Shown piece after piece: positions 37,687 to 47,202 of a stretch of DNA of 64,000 nucleotides. This DNA is from an uncultured Gammaproteobacteria bacterium (GTDB lineage Bacteria; Patescibacteriota; Patescibacteriia; Patescibacteriales; WJLG01): the NCBI GenBank assembly GCA_964395625.1, contig CAYNAR010000003.1:5857-69856 (forward strand). Direction: 5' to 3'. The position numbers and the translations under genes were made by a program. The notes under the pieces were generated by a model that saw nothing but the letters and a program-made list of their open reading frames with translations, searched no databases and was not told the DNA's origin. The first letter of the stretch is position 1. Every line of letters begins with the position of its first letter.

Positions 37687-39875
37687 ATGAAAGCTCAGAG
37701 GCAACTCGATGATTTTTTCGCTTCTTGCGAGGAAAGTTCACTGGCGTTATTGGTGGATATAGTGAGTAAGGCAAAGGGGTCTTTGCGTAAGATTTTTAAT
37801 TTCAAGGGGGTTAGTCACGACGATCTTGTAGGTCGTTTAATGATCAGAGTTAATGATTTTTCTTATCAAGATGATGATATCGTGTTTAGCCGGTTGGTAG
37901 CAAAAGCTAAGTTTTGCGAAGCGACTTTTAAAGAGAGCGATAAGCACATGTGTCTTTTAGGTGCGATTCTTTCAACTCCCGAATCGGTGGCTTGCCACGT
38001 TTTGGAATCGATCGATGTCGATTGTGAAAAAATGCTTACGGATATTGCTAATGAATTTGAATTCGAAAAAGATATTTTTTATTTTAATTCTAAAGAGGAG
38101 TTTTCCATGAGTGATACAACAAGAGCTAAGAAGAAAAAGGTTTCGATAGCCGCTGACTATGGCGTTGATCTTACTGAAAGGTACAAGACGGAAGCGCCAA
38201 AAGCCTTCGTCTCTCGGGAAAAATATATTTCACAGCTAACAAGAATGCTTGGTCGCATGAATAAGAATAGCGTATTGGTGCTTGGCGGGTCCGGTGTCGG
38301 CAAGACGGCCTTAATCAACGAGTTGGCTTATCGCATAGCTACTGGAAAAATTGGTGGTTCTTTGGCGGAAATGAGTATATTCGAATTAAAATTCGAGGAG
38401 TCTGATGATTTACCGAAGAAATATAGCGAGATGTCGGATTTTGTTTCCAGAATAATGGGTTTGTTCGATGATTTGAGTAAGGTGGTTTTTTCGTTGATTG
38501 GCAAGAAGTGGTTTTGTCTGGCGCTAACAGCGATATCTTTACAACCTTCGATTTTTTAAATTCTATTAGCCCTGTTTTTCGTGAGTCTCGAGCCAGATTT
38601 ATCTTAGTCGGTCATTTTGACAGTTATGAAGAGTTTACCATGGATTTTCCGCAAGTTTCAGGATTGACCGGGGTTTTGAAAATCGAAGAAGCTTCGGAGA
38701 ATGAAACCGTGGATATGATGATGGCCAGAAAGTCTTCTTATGAGGATCACCATGGTGTGAAATTTTCCGAAAGTGCTATCCGCAAGATAATGACTCACAA
38801 TAAAGATGATTACGGTGGCGTATATTTGCCTGGCAGGGCTCTGGATATTTTAGACGATCTTGGTAGCGATTTTTCCAAGTCAGGAGTTGTCGAAATAGGC
38901 GAGGCGGAGGTCGAGTCGTTTTTTAAAGAAGATAAAGTTGCGACATCGGCTGTCGTTTCTGTGAAAGAAGGTTATGAAAGTAAGTTATCGAACCTGGCGA
39001 AAGAGCTAAAGAGCAGCGTTATAGGACAGGACTTGGCTTGCGAGCTGACCACTGATGCTATAATGGCGATAAATGATCCTGACAAGCCGATAGCTTCGCT
39101 TTTTTATGCCGGACCATCAGGCGTCGGTAAAACGCTTCTGGCTAGAAAATTGGCCGAGATACTTTTTGGCGATAGTGAAAGCTTTGCACGTTTTGATATG
39201 TCGGAATACTATGATAAGCATGAAATAGCTCGTTTGATTGGCTCTCCTCCGGGATATGTCGGATACGATGATGGCAGTAAGTTGGCCACACAGCTCAAAA
39301 AAAGACCGAACTCAGTCATTCTTCTCGATGAGATAGAAAAGGCCCACCATTCCATATTTGATATTTTACTGCAGATTATGGATTATGGTTCGTTGACTAA
39401 TGGCAGGGGCGATAGGATGTGTTTTAGAAAGAGCATTATAGTGATGACTTCTAATATCGATTTACGAAAGGGTCGTTCTATAGGTTTTTCTAAAGAGAAG
39501 AGCGATAAGGAGAAACGAATGGCTTTTGGTCAGGCTATGCAAGATCATTCATTCCGCAAAGAGTTCATAGGTCGTGTCGATCAGTTCGTCGAGTTTAGTC
39601 AGTTGTCTTCAGGCGACTTTTTAAAGATAGTCGATTTGGAGATCGCTAAAATCGCCGAGTGCGCTAAGAAAAGAGGATTGGGGAATTTGGTTTTTGGACA
39701 AGAGGCTAAGGAGCTTATTGTTGCCAGAAGCGAAACAAGCGAGTATGGTGCTAGAAACCTAAACAATACTTTGCTTAAATTGGTTCGCGTTCCTTTGGGT
39801 AAAATGTTGATTTGTGGTGGCCCCAAGGAAAAGATAGAAGTTTCGGCAAGTGATAATGGATTAGTGTTCATTTAA
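37687..39875 (+). pseudogene. ClpA/ClpC-family double-AAA+ chaperone ATPase interrupted by a frameshift in a T6 run (38486-38491). It is either a pseudogene or a homopolymer sequencing error.
   Basis: Frame A (37687-38559) has Clp_N-like repeats plus D1 Walker A 'LGGSGVGKTALINELAYRI'. Frame B (from about 38481 to 39875) has 'FFVDWQEVVLSGAN' (D1 Walker B region) and D2 'VIGQD.A', 'FYAGPSGVGKTLLARKLA', 'SEYYDKHEIARLIGSPPGYVGY', 'VILLDEIEKAH'. Adding one T gives the continuous sequence '..SKVVFFVDWQEVVLSG..'. Confidence 0.85.
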
Positions 39876-39882
39876 CTTTTAG

Positions 39883-39908
39883 ACCCGCTTTAAACAGCGG
39901 GTTTTTTA
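39883..39908 (+). terminator. Rho-independent terminator.
   Basis: acccgc-tttaaaca-gcgggt followed by tttttt. Confidence 0.8.
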
Positions 39909-39930
39909 TTGTTATGCTATAATAGCCTAT

Positions 39931-41181
39931 ATGCAATACGACCTTATCGTTATCGGTGGCGGGCCGGCTGGCATGATGGCGGCCGGTAGGGCGGCAGAAA
40001 AAGGCGCTCGAGTTTTGTTATTGGAGGGAAAACGTTCTCTTGGTAATAAGTTGTTAATCACTGGTAATGGCAGATGCAACATAACCAATAGCATAGATGA
40101 TCCGCGCATCTTCGCCGAAAAGATGGGTGGTGACGGAGGTAAATTTCTACTGTCGGCCTTGACTCGTTTCGGAGCGGCGGAAATAGTGGATTTTTTTAAT
40201 TCCAGAGGAGTGGAGACGGTCGTAGAGGATAATGGCAAAGTTTTTCCGCAAAGCTCCAGTTCTCGCGAAGTGCTGGATGCCCTTATCTCCTATCTTGAAG
40301 AGTATAAAGTCGAAGTGATGGAAAATTCTAAGGCGGTTTCTTTTGAAATAAACGAAGGTCATATAAATAAAGTGTCGCTTAATGACGGCCGTGATTTAGA
40401 GGCCAATGGTTTTATCGTGGCCACAGGTGGTAAGTCTTATCCACTGACCGGATCAACCGGTGAAATGTATGACATAATAGCTTCTTTAGGACACACTATA
40501 ATCGAGCCACGCCCGATTCTTTCCGCTATCGAAGTCGAGGAAAAATTTATTAAAGATATCGAGGGTGTCTCTTTGTCGGATGTAGAGCTATCGGCGTATG
40601 CCGATAATAATAAAATCGGAAGCGAGAGCGGGGAGATAATATTCACTGGAAAAGGGATCTCTGGGCCGGCCGCGATAAATTTTAGTCGTTCTATAGATAC
40701 TTTTCTGTTTACCGAAGGAAGTCGTGGTGCCTTGGAGATAAGGTTGGATCTGTTGCCTTCTTTGGATTTTTCTCAGCTTGACGATAGGCTCGAGAAGGAT
40801 TTTCAAGAGGAGTCTAATCGGATGATCAAGAATTATTTGTCCGACTTGGTTCCCTCTCGACTCGCTTCATTGATTCTTTCGTTAGCCAAGGTGGGAGAGG
40901 AAAAGCGTTGCAATGAGATGACTCGAGATTCGCGTAAGGCCATCGCCCATGTTTTGAAGGAGATGAGCTTCACCTTTAAAACTTTGAGCGGTTTCGATCG
41001 CGCCATGGTGACTCGCGGTGGCGTTTCCATTAAAGAGATCGACCCGAAGACGATGCGTTCGAAGTTGGTCGACAATTTGCATTTTGCCGGAGAAGTTTTG
41101 GACTTGGACGGCCCGACCGGCGGGTTCAATCTACAAATCGCTTGGTCGACTGGATTCGTGGCTGGGGTCACAGCTTTTTAG
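39931..41181 (+). CDS. NAD(P)/FAD-dependent oxidoreductase, HI0933/YhiN (BaiN-like) family.
   Basis: 'YDLIVIGGGPAGMMAAGRAAEKGARVLLLE', 'GNKLLITGNGRCNITN', C-terminal 'VTRGGVSIKEIDPKTM.SKLV..L.FAGEVLD.DG.TGGFNLQ.AWSTG'. Confidence 0.9.
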   Translation: MQYDLIVIGGGPAGMMAAGRAAEKGARVLLLEGKRSLGNKLLITGNGRCNITNSIDDPRIFAEKMGGDGGKFLLSALTRFGAAEIVDFFNSRGVETVVEDNGKVFPQSSSSREVLDALISYLEEYKVEVMENSKAVSFEINEGHINKVSLNDGRDLEANGFIVATGGKSYPLTGSTGEMYDIIASLGHTIIEPRPILSAIEVEEKFIKDIEGVSLSDVELSAYADNNKIGSESGEIIFTGKGISGPAAINFSRSIDTFLFTEGSRGALEIRLDLLPSLDFSQLDDRLEKDFQEESNRMIKNYLSDLVPSRLASLILSLAKVGEEKRCNEMTRDSRKAIAHVLKEMSFTFKTLSGFDRAMVTRGGVSIKEIDPKTMRSKLVDNLHFAGEVLDLDGPTGGFNLQIAWSTGFVAGVTAF

Positions 41182-41201
41182 ATAGTTTAATAATTATATA
41201 T

Positions 41202-42944
41202 ATGAAGACGTTAAAACTTTTATTTCTGGGTCTTTCGCTGATGGTAGGTCTATCGGCCTGCCAAATGCCCATCACCGGCAAGCAGTTCACTATGCCGCTA
41301 CTAGAAAAGGCTCCAGCCGAGGCTATATCTTTGATGCATAAGACGATGGCTGAAAAAGTCAGGAGTCATAAGGAAGATGGCGTAGCCGACATCATCATTA
41401 AGATGCCGGATTTTAAAAAGGCTATAGAGGAAAAAACCGCTGAAGCTGAAAAAAAGCGTTCGCTTTCGACTACCACCGCGGAGGATTATTACGGACTAAC
41501 CTACGAGTCTTATGATCCGATATTGATGATGGCATCCATGATACCTAATACGATAAAAATAAACGGACAATCCGTTTTTACCGAGGTCAAGAACAATGGC
41601 AGAACTGCGGATGTCGAGGGCGATGCGAAATTGTCGGTCGATCTTGGTAATATGGTTTATTCCGGAGAATTTTCGACTAAGACGATCGGTAGCAATGATT
41701 TTGTGATGCTACGGAGTTTGCCGTCTATTCTGGAGAAAGCCATGGACTCTTCCATGATGAATAAATGGATCAAGACTGACGACGTATCTGGTCTCGAGGA
41801 TGTCGGAGATGTCGGCTTGGTTCCGGGTCTAATGTCTGGTGCCGGCTCATCCACCGACGAGATAAAGAAGGATGTGGAGGATAAAAAGAAGAAGGTCGAA
41901 GATATTTTCTATAAGTTAGAAAAAGAATTGGACGCTATGAGCATCTTCGTATTTGTCGAGCGTTTGCCGGACGAGAAGATTGACGGGGTGAATTGTTATC
42001 ACTACAAGACTTTCATAAATCCGGATGTTTTCGACAAGATCAAGTCCGCGTCGGTGGAGATTGGTGGTTTAGTCGATTTGGACGAAGAAGGGTCGAGCAA
42101 GTTTAATGAAAAAATTTCGAAATTAAAAGAATCTTTGATAGATAATAGCGGAGAGATTTGGTTCGGTAAAAAGGATTTCTATTTGCGCCAAGTCGATGCT
42201 GGCATGAAATTCGATATAGCTAAAATAGTCGGCGCGGAAGAATATAGCAAATACGGAGAGATGACTTTGGAAATTAGAAGTAAATACAAACTTTCTTCTT
42301 TTAATCAGGTCGATAAAATAGTGGAGCCGGAAGACGCTAAGACGATCAAGGAGATAATAGAATCCAGCCCGGCGCTCAATTCGGCCAGAATGAAATCGCG
42401 CAATGCAAGGAGAATGGCCGACATAAAACAAGTTCAAACCGCAGCCGAACTTTACTATAACGATGAAGGCGAGTATCCGGCTAAAATAATCTTCGATGGA
42501 AAAAGTAGTATCTTGGGGTCGTCTTCGCTGATTTACTATATGTCCTCGGCGCCACAGAATCCTAAGCCCAATGACGGTGATTGCCCGGTTGATTTTGAAT
42601 ATCAATACCAAGTTTCCGCCGACGGCCAAGGGTATGATTTGAAATATTGTTTAGGGGGCAGTACCGGTGGTGTGCCGGCCGGCATGCGAAATGCCACTCC
42701 TTTCGGAGTCAATACTTTGTCTTATAGCGAGGAAGCTGTCTCGTTTAATGAGAGAATGGCCTCTTCTGACGATCAGAATCAGGGCGATCAACTATCGGAT
42801 GCAGATAAAGATGGTTTACCGGATATATACGAAGAGATTTATGGAACTAATCCGAATAAGGCTGACACCGACGGCGATGGTTATTCGGATGGCGCCGAGG
42901 TTGAAGGCGGTTATAATCCTATCGGCCCCGGTAAATTACAATAA
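41202..42944 (+). CDS. Lipoprotein with an unknown central domain, a pilin-like globular domain lacking the hydrophobic pilin helix, and C-terminal thrombospondin-type-3 calcium-binding repeats.
   Basis: ATG 41202 gives 'MKTLKLLFLGLSLMVGLSA|C', a lipobox; the ORF-track start at 41142 overlaps the upstream gene and is rejected. 'LNSARMKSRNARRMADIKQVQTAAELYYNDEGEYP' matches the region just after the N-terminal helix of CPR type IV pilins. 'DADKDGLPD...NPNKADTDGDGYSDG' is TSP3-like. Confidence 0.8.
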   Translation: MKTLKLLFLGLSLMVGLSACQMPITGKQFTMPLLEKAPAEAISLMHKTMAEKVRSHKEDGVADIIIKMPDFKKAIEEKTAEAEKKRSLSTTTAEDYYGLTYESYDPILMMASMIPNTIKINGQSVFTEVKNNGRTADVEGDAKLSVDLGNMVYSGEFSTKTIGSNDFVMLRSLPSILEKAMDSSMMNKWIKTDDVSGLEDVGDVGLVPGLMSGAGSSTDEIKKDVEDKKKKVEDIFYKLEKELDAMSIFVFVERLPDEKIDGVNCYHYKTFINPDVFDKIKSASVEIGGLVDLDEEGSSKFNEKISKLKESLIDNSGEIWFGKKDFYLRQVDAGMKFDIAKIVGAEEYSKYGEMTLEIRSKYKLSSFNQVDKIVEPEDAKTIKEIIESSPALNSARMKSRNARRMADIKQVQTAAELYYNDEGEYPAKIIFDGKSSILGSSSLIYYMSSAPQNPKPNDGDCPVDFEYQYQVSADGQGYDLKYCLGGSTGGVPAGMRNATPFGVNTLSYSEEAVSFNERMASSDDQNQGDQLSDADKDGLPDIYEEIYGTNPNKADTDGDGYSDGAEVEGGYNPIGPGKLQ

Positions 42945-42996
42945 TTAGCTAGGTATTTACAAAAATTTATAATCGTGTTATCATACTGTCATGAAC

Positions 42997-43023
42997 AAAA
43001 GCCGCTTTGTGGGCGGCTTTTTG
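42997..43023 (+). terminator. Rho-independent terminator.
   Basis: gccgc-tttgtgg-gcggc followed by ttttt. Confidence 0.7.
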
Positions 43024-43082
43024 CTTCCCCTTGTTCGAGTATTTTAAAAGGGTGGCTTGTAATAATTAAATTGTTAAACACA

Positions 43083-44534
43083 ATGGCCGAGCAAGTAATT
43101 TTAAGCTTCAATGAAGTAACCTTTGAATATAAGGAAAAGAAGCCTCTTTTGGACGAGGTGTCTTTTAGTATCCGTACCGGGTCGAAGATAACCTTGATGG
43201 GTCAAAATGGTGCCGGAAAGAGCACTCTTTTCGCCTTGATAAAAGGAGAGCTTAAACCAAAGGAAGGTCAGGTCAACATCACTAATGGCGCCTCTATCGG
43301 CGCAGCTGCCCAGACCATGGACAGGAAATACTTCGATTTGACCATCGAGGATTATTTCGCCGAAGCTTTCGAGATCGCCCCGAAGAATTTAAAGAGTCAA
43401 ATCTCCAAGGTTTTGGAGGCGGTCAATTTGGACGTCCCGACCGACCGCAAAGTCGGTAATCTCTCCGGCGGACAACAGGCTCGCTTGCTTTTGGCTTTCG
43501 CCTTGATTCAGAATCCTGACATTTTACTTCTTGATGAGCCGACAAACAATTTGGATAGTGCCGGCATCGATCATTTGATACAATTTTTATTGATGTACGA
43601 TAAGACCGTCTTGGTCATCTCTCATGATGCCGATTTCTTGAATCTTTTTACCGATGGAGTTTTGTATTTGGACGTCTTCACCAGAAAGATAGAGTATTAC
43701 GAAGGTAACTACTATGACGTGGTTGAACAGATCGAGCGTCGTATCGAGAAAGAGCAGATGAAGAACGCTCAATTGGAGAAAGTAATCAAGGACCGTAAGG
43801 AGAAGGTTAACTTTTTCGCCAACAAGGGTGGTAAGATGCGTAAATTGGCGCAAAAGATGCGCGAAGAGACCGAGGAGATGGAGGAGCAGAAAGTCGATGT
43901 GCGTCGTGAGGATAAGACTATCCGCGAGTTCGAGATTCCTGTTCAGGATATTTCCGGCGACATTGTGACTATTGATTTTGTTAAGACTATCCGTAATCAT
44001 GAGGCTGTAGAGAAGAAGGTCGACAAAGTTTTACATAAGAGAACCCATCTTTTGATTAAAGGCCCAAATGGTGTCGGTAAATCCACTTTTTTGCGCTCGC
44101 TCGTAGGTAACGATCATCCTGGTGCCAAGATTCTGGATGGCGTGCGCGTCGGTTATTATAGTCAGGATTTCACTAACTTGGATTTCGATCAGACTGTGTT
44201 CGAATCTTTGAAGAGCGCCATGATTGATGAGGAAGACGAGCAGAAGATGCGTTCGGTGGCCGCCAGTTTCTTGATTACCGGAGATTTGATGGGTCACAGA
44301 GTCGACGATCTTTCCGAGGGACAAAAAGGACTTCTCTCCTTCGCTAGATTGGTTTTGATGAAGCCTGGTCTCTTGATACTCGACGAGCCTACTAATCACA
44401 TCAACTTCCGTCATATACCGGTCATCGCTCAAGCCATCAGTGAGTACGAGGGGGCGGTGGTCATGGTCTCGCATATGGATAATTTTGTGAAGCAGATCAG
44501 GATCGACGATTATCTCGATTTAGGCAAAGACTAA
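43083..44534 (+). CDS. ABC-F family ATPase (tandem NBDs, no TMD; translation-factor-type).
   Basis: ATG 43083 ('MAEQVILSFNEV') is preferred because the upstream part of the ORF covers the terminator. There are two NBDs ('GQNGAGKST'...'LSGGQQARLLLA'...'LLLDEPTNNLD' and 'GPNGVGKST'...'LSEGQKGLLSFA'...'LILDEPTNHI') with a charged linker 'ERRIEKEQMKNAQLEKVIKDRKE'. Confidence 0.9.
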   Translation: MAEQVILSFNEVTFEYKEKKPLLDEVSFSIRTGSKITLMGQNGAGKSTLFALIKGELKPKEGQVNITNGASIGAAAQTMDRKYFDLTIEDYFAEAFEIAPKNLKSQISKVLEAVNLDVPTDRKVGNLSGGQQARLLLAFALIQNPDILLLDEPTNNLDSAGIDHLIQFLLMYDKTVLVISHDADFLNLFTDGVLYLDVFTRKIEYYEGNYYDVVEQIERRIEKEQMKNAQLEKVIKDRKEKVNFFANKGGKMRKLAQKMREETEEMEEQKVDVRREDKTIREFEIPVQDISGDIVTIDFVKTIRNHEAVEKKVDKVLHKRTHLLIKGPNGVGKSTFLRSLVGNDHPGAKILDGVRVGYYSQDFTNLDFDQTVFESLKSAMIDEEDEQKMRSVAASFLITGDLMGHRVDDLSEGQKGLLSFARLVLMKPGLLILDEPTNHINFRHIPVIAQAISEYEGAVVMVSHMDNFVKQIRIDDYLDLGKD

Positions 44535-44557
44535 AATTTGTATTCTCAAAATTTTGA

Positions 44558-44593
44558 GCCGCTACTAGTTTTATCGCTAGTAGCGGTTTTTTG
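44558..44593 (+). terminator. Rho-independent terminator.
   Basis: gccgctactag-ttttatcg-ctagtagcgg followed by tttttt. Confidence 0.85.
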
Positions 44594-44737
44594 TTTATCT
44601 ATTTTAAATTTATTATTTTACTATTTTTTGAAAAGTGATAGAACGATATTTTTTAAAATCGTACATTTATGCTATAATATAAGACATAAATAAATAATAA
44701 TTATCGCGCTATCCTCATGTCATGGCGCCTAACGTCT

Positions 44738-46108
44738 ATGAGAAAAACTAAAAAAATAGTATTTTTCTTGCTTCTGACGGCATTGATTATGCCGTTGACT
44801 GCCGTTAAAGCCGACGATGAAGCGGAGTCTATTGTCGCCACCGATCAAAATACGGATGGTATTACCGCCTTGTCTATCGGCGCTTTATCCGCTGAAGCGG
44901 TCAATTCCGCTAATAATGAGAATTTTAAAGTTGTCACCATCAAGGGTTCTTTGATAGAGATAGGTAATACGACAGCCGAACAGACGACCGTTGTCGTTAG
45001 AGTTAATGAAAAGGGGACGACGACCGATGTGACCATCGAAGTTCCGACTAAGATAGCCTCTCTTAATACCGGCTCCGGCGCTAAAGCCGATATGAGCGAC
45101 TGGATCGCTGGCGATCAGTTGGTCGTTGTGGCCAAAAAATACGATAATAGCGGTTTATTGGTCGCGCAGAATATCCGCAATACTTCTTTCAAGGCTCAGC
45201 ATCGCGGTGTGAATGGTTGGATAAAATCCGTCGATGCTACCAATAAATCCGTAACCGTGGAGTGGGGAAAGAATAACTATACTGTAAGTTTGTCCGCCGC
45301 CAAGATTGTCGCCGGTGCCAAGAATCCGGCTGCTGTCGGTGACCTAAAAGTCGGCGATCGCGTCCGTTTGCGCGTCGTGGATGATCGTGACAAGAATCCG
45401 GCCACTTGGAAGGGGGAGACCTTGGTGGTATTGCGTCGCGGCAATGATAATTTCATGCGCGTCACTCGTGTCGTCTTCCCGGCTAAAATCGCCTCTATTC
45501 CCACTGATTTGTCCTTGCCGGCCGCTATCGAAGTCGAGATTCAAAAGTCCAAATTCTTCCAAGTCGGAGATGTTAATAATGTAATCGGTGAGCCGGGATC
45601 GAAAGTTTATTTGGATATATCGACCAGTACTCAATTGATGCGTCGTTTCCTCGGTAAGGCTCTTCTGTCGGAATTCACCGTCGGCGATGACCTTTGGGTC
45701 GTTGGTCGTCGCAATGAGACTACCGGACACATCGAAGTTCAAATGATTAGGAATGATTCCATTCAAATGCTCGGAGTGGCGCAAAGAGTCGGCTTGGTGG
45801 CATCGGTCGATCCGTCGGCCAAGACCATATCCATCAGAGTTTTGCCGGCTATCAAAGGACAAGATACTGTGATCGTCAACGTCTCCGATAGCACGAAGAT
45901 ATTTATCGATGGCAAGGAGAAGGCTTTGGCCGATGTGAAGATCGGCGACGTCGTTAAAGCGAAAGGAGTCTACAATCGCAATACTAAGGCTATCGATGCC
46001 AAGACGATCGGTATAACATCCAAAGAAAACAATAAGAGCATTAGAGAGAAGGCTGATAATCTCAGAGAAAGAATGAAGGAAATGCTTAAAAAAGGCTTTA
46101 AAAAATAG
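44738..46108 (+). CDS. Secreted hypothetical protein with repeated small beta-barrel (DUF5666-like) segments.
   Basis: ATG 44738 gives the signal 'MRKTKKIVFFLLLTALIMPLTAVKA'. The motif '(V/I)GD.V.(L/A).(V/G)' recurs, for example 'LKVGDRVRLRVVDD' and 'VKIGDVVKAKGVYN'. The family call is weak. Confidence 0.7.
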   Translation: MRKTKKIVFFLLLTALIMPLTAVKADDEAESIVATDQNTDGITALSIGALSAEAVNSANNENFKVVTIKGSLIEIGNTTAEQTTVVVRVNEKGTTTDVTIEVPTKIASLNTGSGAKADMSDWIAGDQLVVVAKKYDNSGLLVAQNIRNTSFKAQHRGVNGWIKSVDATNKSVTVEWGKNNYTVSLSAAKIVAGAKNPAAVGDLKVGDRVRLRVVDDRDKNPATWKGETLVVLRRGNDNFMRVTRVVFPAKIASIPTDLSLPAAIEVEIQKSKFFQVGDVNNVIGEPGSKVYLDISTSTQLMRRFLGKALLSEFTVGDDLWVVGRRNETTGHIEVQMIRNDSIQMLGVAQRVGLVASVDPSAKTISIRVLPAIKGQDTVIVNVSDSTKIFIDGKEKALADVKIGDVVKAKGVYNRNTKAIDAKTIGITSKENNKSIREKADNLRERMKEMLKKGFKK

Positions 46109-46117
46109 GAAAATAGC

Positions 46118-46149
46118 AAAAATCGCCTCAATTTCAGGGGCGATTTTTG
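46118..46149 (+). terminator. Rho-independent terminator.
   Basis: aaatcgcc-tcaatttcagg-ggcgattt followed by tt. Confidence 0.7.
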
Positions 46150-46182
46150 CTTATATTGGACAATAGAATTGATTTATTTTTA

Positions 46183-46211
46183 TTGACTTTTTATTATTTA
46201 TATGGTATACT
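46183..46211 (+). promoter_or_regulatory. Sigma-70-type promoter: TTGACT, 17-nt spacer, TGgTATACT (extended -10).
   Basis: ttgact-ttttattatttatatgg-tatact lies about 60 nt upstream of the ORF at 46274. Confidence 0.6.
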
Positions 46212-46273
46212 ATGGATAGAGTAATAAAAAAAGTTAATTAGAAATATAGAACATTAAAAAGGAGTAATAAATA

Positions 46274-46609
46274 ATGAAAACAGGGTATTTTTTGAAGAAG
46301 GACGCTGACTATGTCGTCAGTATGTCAAAGCCGGTGCCGTTCACTTGCTCTTTGGTGGTGCTACCATCGGAAAATATTATACTAATTAGTAAATTTGCTG
46401 GTGATAACGGTCTTTATCTGATTACTGTTTATGACAGTCTTGAAGATGTTCGTGCTAATTGGCCAAAAGTTTGTGGGGAATATCGCATAGCCCCGGCCAA
46501 TATAGTTTCTTTTAAAGAATCTAAAACGCCACCACCGGCAAATAGTGGGTCAAAAAAAACTGGGAGATGTCGTGATTTAGAAAAGTACAAGGAGTACATT
46601 CACCGCTAA
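46274..46609 (+). CDS. Hypothetical small protein (111 aa).
   Basis: Strong SD 'aaaaggag' 9 nt before the ATG, plus its own promoter and terminator. No recognisable motifs. Confidence 0.6.
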   Translation: MKTGYFLKKDADYVVSMSKPVPFTCSLVVLPSENIILISKFAGDNGLYLITVYDSLEDVRANWPKVCGEYRIAPANIVSFKESKTPPPANSGSKKTGRCRDLEKYKEYIHR

Positions 46610-46612
46610 CAA

Positions 46613-46650
46613 AAGCCTCGCCACTTCCATGTGTGCGAGGCTTTAAATTT
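46613..46650 (+). terminator. Hairpin terminator with a weak T-tract.
   Basis: aagcctcgc-cacttccatgtgt-gcgaggctt followed by taaattt. Confidence 0.55.
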
Positions 46651-46750
46651 GACTTTTTTTCTTATTTATGATTAAATATGACAAAAGGACTTTCCATCCT
46701 TTTGTTCGAACATTAAATATTCACAGTTTTATTTCCAAAAGGAGGATTTA

Positions 46751-47098
46751 ATGGAAAATATAGTTGGGTATTTTTCTAATAACAGAATTCAGGATAGTGA
46801 TAAAATATTGGAAGCCCTTCCTCAAAGATTCAGGATAAGCAAAGATGACGCCAAAAGAATGGAATGGAGCGATGTCCCCAGCGGCAAGAAGGTGGTTTTT
46901 GTAAGGAAGGTTGATGGACTAGAAGATCGTGTTTTTGTGGCAGAGGTTTGCTCAAAGCCTTCTTTCATTTTTCACATGAGCATTTCTTTGGGTCTTAAGT
47001 TCTTGGGTGTCCATATTTTTCTTGTCGACGAAAACTTCTCGGTTTTTAATGAAGAGAAAGAAGTTGACGATTTTTTTGAAATAAAAGCTGTCGCCTGA
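46751..47098 (+). CDS. Hypothetical small protein (115 aa).
   Basis: Strong SD 'aaaaggagg' 7 nt before the ATG and a terminator immediately downstream. No recognisable motifs. Confidence 0.6.
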   Translation: MENIVGYFSNNRIQDSDKILEALPQRFRISKDDAKRMEWSDVPSGKKVVFVRKVDGLEDRVFVAEVCSKPSFIFHMSISLGLKFLGVHIFLVDENFSVFNEEKEVDDFFEIKAVA

Positions 47099-47111
47099 AA
47101 ATTCACACAAT

Positions 47112-47142
47112 CCGCCGAGATTTATATTTCGGCGGTTTTTTA
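47112..47142 (+). terminator. Rho-independent terminator.
   Basis: ccgccga-gatttatatt-tcggcgg followed by tttttt. Confidence 0.8.
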
Positions 47143-47202
47143 TTTTTGTTAATTTCCAATTTTCTTTCGGTTATGATAAAATATTAAAATCACCAATACA
47201 CC

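Noticed and set aside
38479-38510. Programmed -1 ribosomal frameshift in the Clp ATPase gene.
   Set aside because: The T6 run is not in a canonical X XXY YYZ register (the P-site GUU would re-pair with GGU), and no obvious downstream pseudoknot was seen. A homopolymer indel, either real or a sequencing error, is the simpler explanation.
41142-41201. Upstream extensions of ORFs offered by the track: 41142 for the lipoprotein, 42975 for ABC-F, 44717, 19312, 22811(GTG), 17389(GTG), 52185(TTG) and 56851(TTG).
   Set aside because: The extensions overlap the preceding gene or a terminator, or precede a much better signal-peptide or lipobox start with a plausible SD. Downstream ATG starts were chosen instead.
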